Shown: positions 41,690 through 56,600 of the stretch, in pieces | How the letters are laid out: every line of letters begins with the position of its first letter | How positions within the stretch are numbered: position 1 is the stretch's first letter | Source: Syncephalis fuscata S228 | Lineage: Eukaryota > Fungi > Zoopagomycota | Direction: 5' to 3' | DNA: 64,000 nucleotides | Assembly: GCA_025786725.1 (NCBI GenBank) | Contig: JAHLTZ010000009.1 | Coordinates: 124,001 to 188,000, forward strand | Notes under the pieces: model-generated | Seen by the model: the letters and a program-made list of their open reading frames with translations, nothing else | Told to the model about the DNA's origin: nothing | Databases searched by the model: none | Position numbers and translations under genes: made by a program

Positions 41690-44600
41690 ATGAAGCTTTC
41701 CATTACCGTCGTTTGCACCGTTTTTGTGGCTTTGATAGCCGCTACGGTCATGGTGGATGCTAATCCAGCATTAATTCGTCGTGGTAGTATGTTGCAATAA
41801 CAATAAATATGCCATAACATTTTGTTTACTAACAGTATTTTTAAATAATAATTACAATAGGCAGTAAGTTGTATTGTATATTAACTATACATTAACTATG
41901 CTATCTACTAATTATACCAATTATTTAATATTAATAGAGGGTAAGTTGTATTATATATTACTTGACTATACATTAACTATGTGTCATATACTGTATCTAT
42001 CAACAACTTGATATTAGAGGAATGTAAGTTGCATTGTATATTAATTGATTACTCACTAATTGCATATTATGCACCATGTGTATCAATGCTTTAATATTAA
42101 TAGGTCGTAAGTAATATTGTACATTAATTAACTATTGACTAATTATATACCATTTATTGCGTGTATCAATAACTTAATGCCATAGAGAGTAAGTTGTGTT
42201 GTGTATTTATTTATTTTATTTTAAAAGTTTGTAGCCCCCCGCTCGCATAATTAAAGAATTTGCGCAGCTTCCTACTATTTTGGACTTTTCCAAAGTATCG
42301 GGTGGACTGTCATGTTTTTGCGCAAAATACGGCCCATATAAATTTCACGCGGGACCAACTTCTTTTTGAATGGTGCTGCACAGCATTATTTTCTTGAAGC
42401 TAATCCTAATTGGTTTTTCCTCGGCTATTCTGGCCAAGGTTTATTCCGACCTACTTGTTGAACTTGTTTACTGGATAAACTGGAAGGTTTCCACTTAAGG
42501 ATTGGTTCAAACTGAGTTTGAACCCACAGCCTTCAGCTCGGAAGACGCCGCCTTAGCTACTGAGCTATCCATGTCCCCATTGTATTGTGTATTAATCAAC
42601 TATGTGCTAATTTTATACCATGTATTGTGTATATCAATAATTCAATACTAATAGAATGTAAGTTATATTGTATATTGATGGCTTATTCGCTAATCACATG
42701 TTATGCATCATGTGTATCAATAACTTAATATTAATAGGCTGCAAGTAGTATTATATGTATTGGCTTATAAATTACTCATATATCATGCACTTTGTGTATC
42801 AATAACTTGATAAAATAGTGGGCAAGTGGCACTGCATATTAGCTGACTACACACTAATTATAGCCATGTACTGCATGTGTATCAATAATTTAATATTAAT
42901 AGCTGGTAAGTTGTATTGTGTATTAGCTGATTATGTGTTAATTATGTGTATCAATAAATATTGATAGAATGTAAATAGAATTGTATATTAATTAAACATT
43001 AGCTAATTACATGTTATGCACCATGTGTATTAATAACTTAATATCAATAGGCGGTAAGTTGCGTTGTATTTAACCGATTATACACCAACTTCATATTATT
43101 TAATATATACATCAACAATTTACCATAATAGATGGTAAGTGATATTGTATATTAACTGACAATATATTAACTATGTTATTTATTGATCGTACCAACTATT
43201 TAATATCAATAGGAGTAAGCGTTATTGGTATTAATTGACTATACATTAACTATGCTATTTATTGATTGCGCCGATTATTTAATCTCAATAGAGAGTAAGT
43301 GTTATTGTATATTAACTGGCTATATATCAACTATGCTATTTATTATTGTACCAATTATTTGCTATTAATAGATTGTAAGTTATTGTATATTAATTGACAA
43401 TATATTAACCTTACTATTTATTAATTGCACCGATTATTTAATATTAATAGATTGTAAGTTGTACTTTATATTAACTGACAATATATTAACTATGCTATTT
43501 ATCATTGCACCAACTATTTAATATCAACAGATAGTAAGTAATATTGTATATTAACGGACTATGCATTACCATACTATTTACTGATTGCACCATTATTTAA
43601 TATCAATAGGGAGTAAGTGTTATTGTATATTAGCTGATAATATATTAACTATGTTATTTATTGATCGTACCAACTATTTAATATCAATAGATAGTAAGTA
43701 ATATTGTATATTAATTGACAATATATCAACTATGCTATTTATTGATTGTACCAATTATTTGATATTAATAGATTGTAAGTATATTGTATATTAATTGACA
43801 ATATATTAACCTTACTATTTATTAATTGCACCGATTATTTGATATTAATAGATTGTAAGTTGTATTGTATATTAACCGATTATACACTAACTTCATATTA
43901 TTTGCTATATACATTAACAATTTACTATAATAGATGGTAAGTGATATTGTATATAAATTAACTATACACTAACTATGCTATTTATTGATTGTAACAATTA
44001 TTTGATATTAATAGAGGGTAAGTTGTATCGTGTATTAGTTGACTATACATTAACTATGTTATTGATTGATTGTACTAATAACTTAATATTAACAGAATGT
44101 AAGTAATATTGTATATTAATTAACAATATATTAACTATGCTATTTATTGATTGCACCAATAACTTAATATTTATAGATAGTAAGTGATATTGTATATTAA
44201 CAAACTATACGCTATGCTATTTATTGATTGTACCAATTATTTAATATTAAGTGTGTAAGTATATTGTATATTAAAGCTATGCATTACCATACTATTTACT
44301 GATTGAACCGATCATTTAATATTAATAGCTTGTAAGTGATATTGCATATTAACGGACTATACATTAACCATGCTATTTATTGATTGTATTGATTATTTAA
44401 TATTAATAGGCAGTAAGTGATATTTTATATTAACTGCTTATACATTAACTATGCTATTTACTAATGGTATTAATTATCTAATATTAATAGAAAGTAAGTA
44501 ATATTGTATATTAAATGACTATAAACTAACTATGCTATTTACTGATGTAAATTATTTATACAATAGAGGGTAATTTATAGTGTATATTAATTAACTATAC

Positions 44601-44962
44601 ATTAACTATGCTATTTACTAATTGTACCGATTATTTATACAAATAGATTGTAAGTGGTATTGTTTATTAATTGGTTACTCACTAATCACATGCCATCTAC
44701 CGTGCGTCAATAACTTAATAGGCGGTAAGTAGAGCTATGTATTAAGTGTCTAATAACTAATTATATACTATTTATTGTGCATCAACAACGTAATACTAAT
44801 AGAATGTAAGCTATATTATATATTAGTTGACTAGACCTAAGCACATGTTATGCACCACGTATTAATAACTTAAAATTAATAGGCTGTAAGTAGTATTGTA
44901 TATTGATGGCTTATTCACTAATTATATGGCATATAATATCTTTATTTGTAAATACAGCATAA
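41690..44962 (+). CDS. Micro-exon gene: secreted six-cysteine peptide precursor (68 aa) built from 36 exons, 34 of them micro-exons
   Basis: Exon 1 41690-41786 encodes signal peptide, pro-region and RR (MKLSITVVCTVFVALIAATVMVDANPALIRRG+A, phase 1). Then 34 units of AG|exon|GTAAGT-type donor. Final exon 44958-44962 (CA TAA) gives an in-frame stop. Spliced product, restoring one G at exon 13: ...RRGSKEECQKCLAECDGKNYYRNNYYEEYMSCKKDCECS*. Confidence 0.85.
41864..44957 (+). repeat. ~80-bp tandem array whose unit is one intron plus one micro-exon
   Basis: Approximate consensus gtaagt-gtattgtatattaactgactatacattaactatgctatttattgattgtaccaattatttaatattaatag-NNN, about 34 copies. Confidence 0.95.
42208..42579 (-). 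mobile_element. tRNA-derived SINE inserted antisense in an intron of the micro-exon gene
   Basis: Minus-strand head GGGGACATGGATAGCTCAGTAGCTAAGGCGGCGTCTTCCGAGCTGAAGGCTGTGGGTTCAAACTC with A box and B box. A-rich tail (taaaataaaataaata). Flanking direct repeat ttgtgttgtgtatt (42194-42207) / ttgtattgtgtatt (42580-42593), 13 of 14 identical. Confidence 0.82.
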
Positions 44963-45884
44963 TCGATGGTTTCAAGACATTAGCATTGGTAGTGCAATCG
45001 AACCACTATTCCAATACAATTTAGGTATATATTCGGTGAAATGCAAGACCATTTGACAACTACGCCGTCCAGTCTATTTATATATCAAGTTTTGGCCAAT
45101 GCTCCAGTTTATCCAGTCTCTAACCAATGGAATCATTATTTTACCAACTAGATGCAATCTTGTTGTCCTTATGCAACTTTACAAGCTTATAGTAATAAAA
45201 TTATGGTTGCATCTTAACAAAATAATAATAATAAGCCGTCAATCAGTTTTTAATACTGAGAACCGATTCGTTGAAGCGTGCTATATCAATTCCAGTTAAT
45301 TCAAGTAAAGATGAGCCAGTCGACTATTTTAATATCAATATTAGTGTTAATAAATGTTAAATAGTATTTCATGTTACTTACAATAAAATATAATAAATAG
45401 ATGAATGATAGTAATAAATAAATGATAATGCATATTATTGTTACTTTAAAGTATTTAAAGCATTATAATTTGATATTTAATGTCGCTCACTATCCAGTTC
45501 CATGTTTAGTAGATTGGATATTATTAAATATGGCCATTTGACCATCAGCAAACAAACAATGTGATGATGTGATGCTTAAATAAAACTCACCACTTGTCCC
45601 CATCTTCAATAGAGTGAATGTGCAGTTCAGTTGTGTGAATATTAACAAAAAATTATTTATCCCAAATCACATTAAGTGATTAATAAACTGTAATGCAAAA
45701 ATAGCTATCTTTATTTAACTAATAAATAATGTAATATCACATACATAAATCGAATGGCATTGTACATAAAAGACTATGAACAAATTGAAATACAATGAGG
45801 GAATTGTTAATGGTAGAATAAAAGAAAGAATAAAAATTAACTGCATAAAAGCAAATATATTCATAAATATGTTATCAGTAAAGT

Positions 45885-46052
45885 ATGGAAATGAATATCA
45901 ATGCATAAACAAATGTCATTATCATAAAACATGATATTATAGTTGACAACTAGACTTTTAAGCATCAGATTCAGTGTATAAGCAACAGTTTATTGAATGT
46001 TAAATAAAATACTTGTAAACGTATCTACTCTAAACTACGCCTTTGTATGTAT
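45885..46052. repeat. Dispersed repeat family 3, copy 2
   Basis: Direct match to 23330-23590. Confidence 0.7.
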
Positions 46053-46056
46053 AATT

Positions 46057-46572
46057 AAATAGTGATCTATCAAAAGAGAAAGAAGGACGGTGTCCAGCAA
46101 GGTTACAAACAACTGACAAAATGCCACTTGTTGTATTCGGCGATGCAATGTTTGGCAAGCAGAACAATGTATACAAGGGCCATCGATCTGCTGTTGTCAA
46201 CAGGTGCTGGCAAATGTTGAAACGACGAGAGCGTTGTGGAGATCTTGTTGCTATTAAAATTAATGAATATCTTTCTTCTTAGGTAAGTATTTAATGTGAT
46301 CATTATTTTATTTAACAATTTAACAATTTAATAGATTTGTCATGTCTGTAAGAAAAAAAGTCTAATAAAAAAGATTGCTGTAAATGTCATACCCACCACA
46401 CCATCTTAGTCTGCCAAAACTGCCAGGTGGTGTGGAATCGGGATGTCATGGCAAGCAAGAATATTTTTATATCATCGAATCAATCTGGGATGGAAATGGC
46501 AGACCAGCTGAGTTTGCTGGACCATCTCAAACCAACACAATTACCGCAGAGAACGCGGGTTCGTCTCAATGA
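46057..46572 (+). pseudogene. Decayed intron-containing Fanzor (eukaryotic TnpB) RuvC/zinc-finger fragment
   Basis: MPLVVFGDAMFGKQNNVYKGHRSAVVNRCWQMLKRRERCGDLVAIKINEYLSS* (TAG at 46280-46282, probably from CAG). Intron 46283-46334. Then ICHVCKKK.../HHTILVCQNCQVVWNRDVMASKNIF/YIIESIWDGNGRPAEF. Confidence 0.85.
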
Positions 46573-46873
46573 GCTTTTCAGATTTTAAACATAAGTTTTA
46601 TTTAAATATTTAACATTATTATTAATACAATGCCCTATTACATTTAATTATATTTTATGAAAATGATAATGTTATTACACTACATTAATGTTTATTATGA
46701 ATTATCATTTAAACGCAATTTAATTAAATCAAATCGTTACAATTGATTGCGTAAAATGATTTGCTGCCCTGGGGGATTAAGTAAATATTGATGAACAATC
46801 AACAATGTTTTCTAACAAAGCGCTCTTCTAATCATATTTGTACTTTTCGTTCTTCATACTTGTGGCCATCGAG

Positions 46874-47558
46874 ATGTGTGCCGCACCAATGTCCAGGGAA
46901 TCCTCGGGTGCTCGTTCTCGGGCACCTCAGCTTATGGAACGTATTCGCTCGACACGTCCCATTTCCCCTACACTATCCTCGTCGAGCGGGCAATCGCCGC
47001 CGCTAAGAGCACGCCCTGGCGGTGTTCATCGTCGATTGTCTTCACAATCGACGCAGCCGCTCTCCGTTGTACCGCCGACCACCAAATCGCCAGCACTATG
47101 GAGTCGGTCAGGCGAACCGGGCAGTCCCACCTCTATTGCTACCGCACCTTGGGCCGACAATATCGACGAGGTGACGGCAGCTGGTCTTACTGCACACGCC
47201 GCTACTCGACAGGCTATTTTTGAGGGACTAGTTAAAGTGATGCAAACACTAGAGGATAGAGCGGCTGCCGTACGTGAAACTCAAGATGAATTACAACAAG
47301 AAGTGGTGCGTATTCAAGCGGGTAAGTAGCGCACTATATTCTAAGCAAGTAGTGGTCATGTTAACGAGTATAATAGAACTACGGCGCTTTTCCGAATCAG
47401 CAAAGGCACCTAATCTAACGGATGCAGCCCAGCGGCTTGTACATGCACGTAATAAACTAGAGAATGTAAACAATTTACTACTGCGTGTACAGGAGCGACT
47501 AGACCGTCTTTGTGCCCAAGTGACACAGCATATTGAAGCGACACCGTCGTCGTCATAG
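46874..47558 (+). CDS. Snapin/Pallidin-like coiled-coil protein (BLOC-1/BORC subunit)
   Basis: Ser/Pro-rich N-terminus, then heptad helix LEDRAAAVRETQDELQQEVVRIQA|ELRRF...AAQRLVHARNKLENVNNLLLRVQERLDRL; intron about 47322-47377. Start codon uncertain. Confidence 0.68.
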
Positions 47559-47731
47559 TTGTTTGTATAGTTGTAATTTCAAACTTATTATAAAATTTTA
47601 TTAGATCAATTTTTAGTATTTCCTAGTACTATTTACACTACTAACTAACTAATAATGTTAGCAAACATTATTTAATTGTCGTGGTTTTGTTAATCAATAG
47701 TATTGATAAGCAATGATTTTATTAAACACTT

Positions 47732-51410
<3,679 letters not shown>

Positions 51411-51480
51411 ATTGAGAATAGTAAGTGAGTGAGTGAGTGAGATAACCGTAAGCAGTTAAAAGAAAAAACGAACGAACTAG

Positions 51481-51486
51481 ACGCGT
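51481..51486. promoter_or_regulatory. MCB-like box (ACGCGT) in the ~150-bp divergent MCM4 / pseudouridine synthase promoter
   Basis: Perfect ACGCGT about 70 bp upstream of the MCM4 ATG. MCB boxes are established G1/S elements in fungi. Confidence 0.4.
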
Positions 51487-51559
51487 AAAATAATTGGTCA
51501 ATTGAACAAAAGCGAGAAATCATTTTTATTATCAAATTTCTACTTTTTCCCTCTCATAA

Positions 51560-53512
51560 ATGGCGTCGAAAACAGAAGCCGTCGAGCAGCCCGTGTCGGT
51601 GGATAGTGCACCAACTAATCTACCAAGTCATGACGACCAAGTAGACGAGTCAGTACAGTGCACCACTAGGAAACATCCACTAGATATGGATAGCCCACAG
51701 GTTAGTGTCTATATACTAGACCATATAATATAATAGTGTCATAATACTATGAATGACCAATATCTATTGGCTATAGACGAATAATAGCCATAACAACAAG
51801 AACAGCAATAAATATAATAATACGGTAAACGATAAAAAGAAAGCACGCCGTAGTGCAGCACCTACATCGCAAGATATACGTGCCATGTCGGCCATTAAGC
51901 CTGAATTCTATTTTGAGCATGGTATGCAAGTACATAGTATTAACAGTACAGGCACTAATAGAAAGTATATAGGTCTACGTAAAATACGGCCCTATCATTA
52001 TGTCTATCGATCATTTGCTAAAGGTCGTTGGTTGGGATATACGGTGTTGGAGTTGTTTAAACGTGAATTTCGTGGTTTATCCGTAGAGTATTATGTAATA
52101 TATACGATATAACATGTAGTATATAATAGTTGTTAATTTAAATGAAATAGGAACGGGCTATTAAAGAAGGCACGATTACATTAAATGAACAAATAGTGAC
52201 CTGTGACACAGTAATCAAGAATTCTGATATCATTGGACATCGTATGCATCGACATGAACCACCTGTAACTGATGAACCAGTAACTATTATTGAACAAACT
52301 GAAGATCTATGGGTTATCAATAAACCGGCGAGTATTCCTGTAAGTTATAAATGATCTATTTAATGCAATAATTGTGATATATTGATTTTAATAGGTGCAT
52401 CCCACTGGACGGTAAGTTAAATAATTGTATTGAGTAAAACATTAAATATTGATCATGTTAATTAGATATCAACATAATACGGTATTAGGCATTTTAGAAT
52501 CAACTTATCCCGATATTCAATTATCACGTAAGTATAAAGAGTATAAGATCAAATGAATACTTTTAATAATAATAATGGTAATTAGCTACTAATCGATTGG
52601 ATCGTTTAACTTCGGGTCTTATGTTTATTGCATTGACTAAACAACGGGCAAAGCAAATGGAACAAGCATTTAGAGCACGTAAAGTTCAAAAAGAATATGT
52701 TTGTCGTGTATTGGGGAATTTCCAGTGTAGGTTATTTAGTAATTGAATAGTTATATGCTAATATATATTATTGTATATAGTGAACGTGTTATATGTCATG
52801 AACCTATCTTGACTGTATCGCATAAATTAGGATTGAATGCTGTACGGCCCATTGAAGAAGGTGGTCGTCCATGTGAGACAGAATTTGAACGATTAAGCTA
52901 TAATGGATGTACTAGTGTAGTAAAATGTAAGCTGATTTATTAATATGCATATATAGGATACGTATACTATTAATAATAATATCAATATTATTAGGCTATC
53001 CACGTACGGGCAGAACCCATCAAATACGTGTTCATTTACAACATTTAGGCCATCCTATTGCTAATGATCCATTATATGCCAATCCAACAATACGTAAAGC
53101 ATTAGCAGCACGCAGTGAATTGAATCCAACAACAGCAACAACAACAGCTACTACTACTACAACTACAGATCATGATAATATTAATGACCTAGTCAATAAT
53201 GATAAACTAAAAACAGATTCAGAAACAGTAGCTCAATTACTACAAGAAGCCGATCAACGTGATGGCATTGCAGATGCTAATGCTAAAGATCATTGTACTA
53301 TTTGTCAACTACCGCTATTACCTGACCCTACACCAGAACAGATGTGTATTTGGTTACATGCTGCTGTCTATGCAGGTGAAATAGATAACAAGCCATGGCG
53401 TTATGAAACACCATTACCTAGTTGGGCTACACCTGAATTTGATGGAGATAAAGAAATTGTAGCATCTATTATGGCTAATCCTCAATTAGATAATTCTATT
53501 AATACAGAATAA
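51560..53512 (+). CDS. RluA-family pseudouridine synthase (Rib2/Pus9/RPUSD2-like), multi-exon
   Basis: GLRKIRPY..FAKGRW; HRHEPPVT; VINKPASIPVHPTG; catalytic NRLDRLTSG; TGRTHQIRVHLQHLGHPIANDPLY; IWLHA. Confidence 0.92.
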
Positions 53513-53698
53513 ATGGATTACTAATAAAAGAATGCGTAATTAACATTACAATTATTATATATTCATGTAATATCATATAAATGTAATGTTTATTATTATT
53601 ATTATTATTGATATTATTATTATAGATGGTATATTATAAAAGGTAGATAACAGAGAAAATAATGAAAACATAAAAATATAGTATACACGCAGTTAGAA

Positions 53699-56600
53699 TT
53701 AGACAGGCCAACTAGCAACGATAGCTGTTCCTTGTAGGCGTACTTGAATACGATGACTGCCACCCGATACTCTTACTAGTGCTTGACCTCGATGTCGACC
53801 AATGACCGTGGGTCGGAATAATATTGGCACCATAACATAGGCCCGTGGTTGAATGCATACTTTGCTTACGGGACAAGCAAAGGATACGGGTAGACTGCCA
53901 CCCATAGGATCAGCTTCACAGCGTACGCGAATCTTCATTGGGGCGTGTGTTGGATTACAAAGACGTAACCGCAATTGGCACTCATCACCCAATGCCGTGT
54001 CAGGAAAGCGTAACTTGACCGGTCCTTGCATAATAATGGCGGCATCAGCTCGTCGTGCCGCATCATTATTACCACTAGGTGACCAATGTTGATACTGTTG
54101 TTGTTGGGCTGTAATGGTTGCTGTTGCTGTTGCTGTTGTTGTTGTGTACTTGTATGGGTCATTTGAGTAGCTGTAGTATTTGTAGTCATACCAGTAGTTG
54201 CTCGGTCTAGTATAGTTTGTGTATCCATAGCCAGTGGATTGGCATCCATATCCGGTGATGATTGCTGTATTGGCCATAGTATTTGCCTTGTTATGCCATA
54301 ATGTTGTTGGTGTGGTGGTGGTTGATTAAATACATTTGGACTATTCTCACTTATCTGTTCATACCAAGCATTGGCGTCATTATGTCGGTAAGATGGCTGT
54401 GGTGTATTGATCATGGTGTTAGATCGATATCGTGGTAATTCAGATTTGTCATTCTTTAATGGTAATTCATGGGCTAAATCTTTTACTTCTGGTAAACGAA
54501 CACGTTGTCCACCACGCGGTGATCCATGACTGCTAGTAGTTGCACGTTCTGGTCGTTTACCTGTAGTGTTAGTCGTTGATTTCGATGATTCAAGGGCCAA
54601 TACACGTATACGTATTTCTTGCACGTAAATACCCTCACAAACTACCATTAAATTGGCACTGCTAAGTATATGTGGCACATCATTCGGATCAATGTGTGGT
54701 AAATGACGACGACGTAGTATGGCAGTTACTGTAATTTGTCCATGGGCCGGCACTAAACCATAAGCCGGTGACACTTCAAATCGGAATCCAGGCCAGGCCA
54801 ATTCAAATGGTAATCCTCGATTGCTAATGTTACGTAGTTGAATTCTTCTTGTGCCAAAATAGCATCGTCATCTATATTGAGTTGACGTGCTTTATCTAAT
54901 GAGAATTGCAATTGAACTCGCTCTTTCGACACCACAAGCTCCTTTTTAGTAGCTGGTAGCTCGGGTATTTCCATAGGCTCGGTTGAAGTATTAGCGGTGT
55001 TTTTATTTGCTGCATCAGGTGCAAGGTAAGCAGTAGTTGGTTTAGATGGCCGCACAGGTGGTGGTTTCATCGTTGTAGCGTATAGCCAGTCTAAAGGTGC
55101 ATTATCTTTAGATGATGGATGATCCGCTGCCTTTACTGGTGTTTGATGTGATTCCGGCAATGTATTTAATCGTACTTGACGCGTGTGGATGGCATAACAG
55201 TATCTGTCTGTGCAGTAGGCATTGTAGTCTTAGTAGTTAGTGTAGTAGGTGGCATTGGTGGCGATGAAGGTACACTCCACATAGGATTTGCTTTTACCGA
55301 TGATGCTGGTCGTTGTGGTGGCAGTTTTTGTTTTATGGTGGCAGTTCCAAATAAAGCATCAAGTGGATTAGCTGTCACAGTTGGACGTTCTTTTTGATGT
55401 CTATCTTTAACAAAGAAATTTGGCTATTTCATTGATGGTTAGTTAATACAGAATGATTAATGCGTATTTAACTTACACGTAGCCATTCATCAACATTGCC
55501 TGTTAACGCACCCATGGGACCTGAATGACGTGCAAAATACTGACCAGGTGATAGTAAAGGACTTGGTAAACGTATTATAGGTGGGCCAGTTGGTTCTTTA
55601 ACTTCTTGCTTTTTAACTGGAATAGGCGGCGATGGTAATACACACTCGGTACGTAAATCTCCAAGAATAGACTGATCATCTGACGTTGCGATAAAGGTAG
55701 ACTAAGAATGTCTTCATCTTTTTGAAATAAGCTTGTTAGTATATCGGACATATCATCTATTAATATTAGCATTAGCATTAGTGTTAGTTTAAATTGTTAT
55801 AGTTAATGTTAATATTACCATTGGAATGTAAGCCTGTACTATCCGGTCGATGATGTTTAGTTGTTTTAATAGTTAATGGTTTTTTATGTTGTCGTGTTGT
55901 TGCTGTTGTTGCCACTTCTGTCGTCTATCCGGTGACAGGGATGGTGTACCTCGAGGTGTGTCAATCATATTACCTAGTAATAAACGAACTTGATTCTTTA
56001 ATAACGAATCATCTTGACTAAGCAGATCTTGCTCTGGATATCGTGATGGTTCATTTTGTCCGGTTCTGACATGCCTAATGAACCCAGTGAATTTCTACGT
56101 TCTATAGTAGGTGTACCGGTGAGTTGATATGGATACGGTTATTTATATGTAATTGAGGCTGTTTATGCTTCTCTTCTATTATTGTTAACAGTTAATTAAC
56201 TTATATATATATATATTGCAGCTTACCTCCATAAGGTGCTGTCCAACGAGGCACTGTACTGGCCGGTCGTCTACCAGATGTGGTAGAATGAATCGTTGAA
56301 GCCACGTTGCCTGGTGCCACTATTTGAGCAAATATATCACTTAGACTCTTTTTACGTGAAAGTCCAGTAGTGGCCGATGGTGGAGCCGGATAGGAACGTG
56401 GTTTGGTAGCTGTATGTGTCTTTAATCTACTCATTGAACGAAGTGCATTGGTGGCAATTGAAGCGGGTTTACTGGCTTGATATGGCTCGTCATCACCCTT
56501 AAATAGCTGCTGCTGCTGCTTGTTCTCACCATTCCTTGCTACTGCTGCTGCCACTATCTCGTCCTCATCATCAATGCCCGCGCCATCAGCATACCAGGCA

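Noticed and set aside
42504-42578. Functional tRNA gene
   Set aside because: A and B boxes are present but acceptor and anticodon stems do not pair properly. It continues into a ~300-bp body, A-rich tail and TSD, which fits a SINE.
41864-44957. CRISPR array or plain minisatellite interpretation of the 80-bp repeats
   Set aside because: Eukaryotic context and no cas genes. The variable parts are about 3 nt, bounded by AG and GT, and join into a stop-free ORF with a signal peptide and an in-frame terminal stop.
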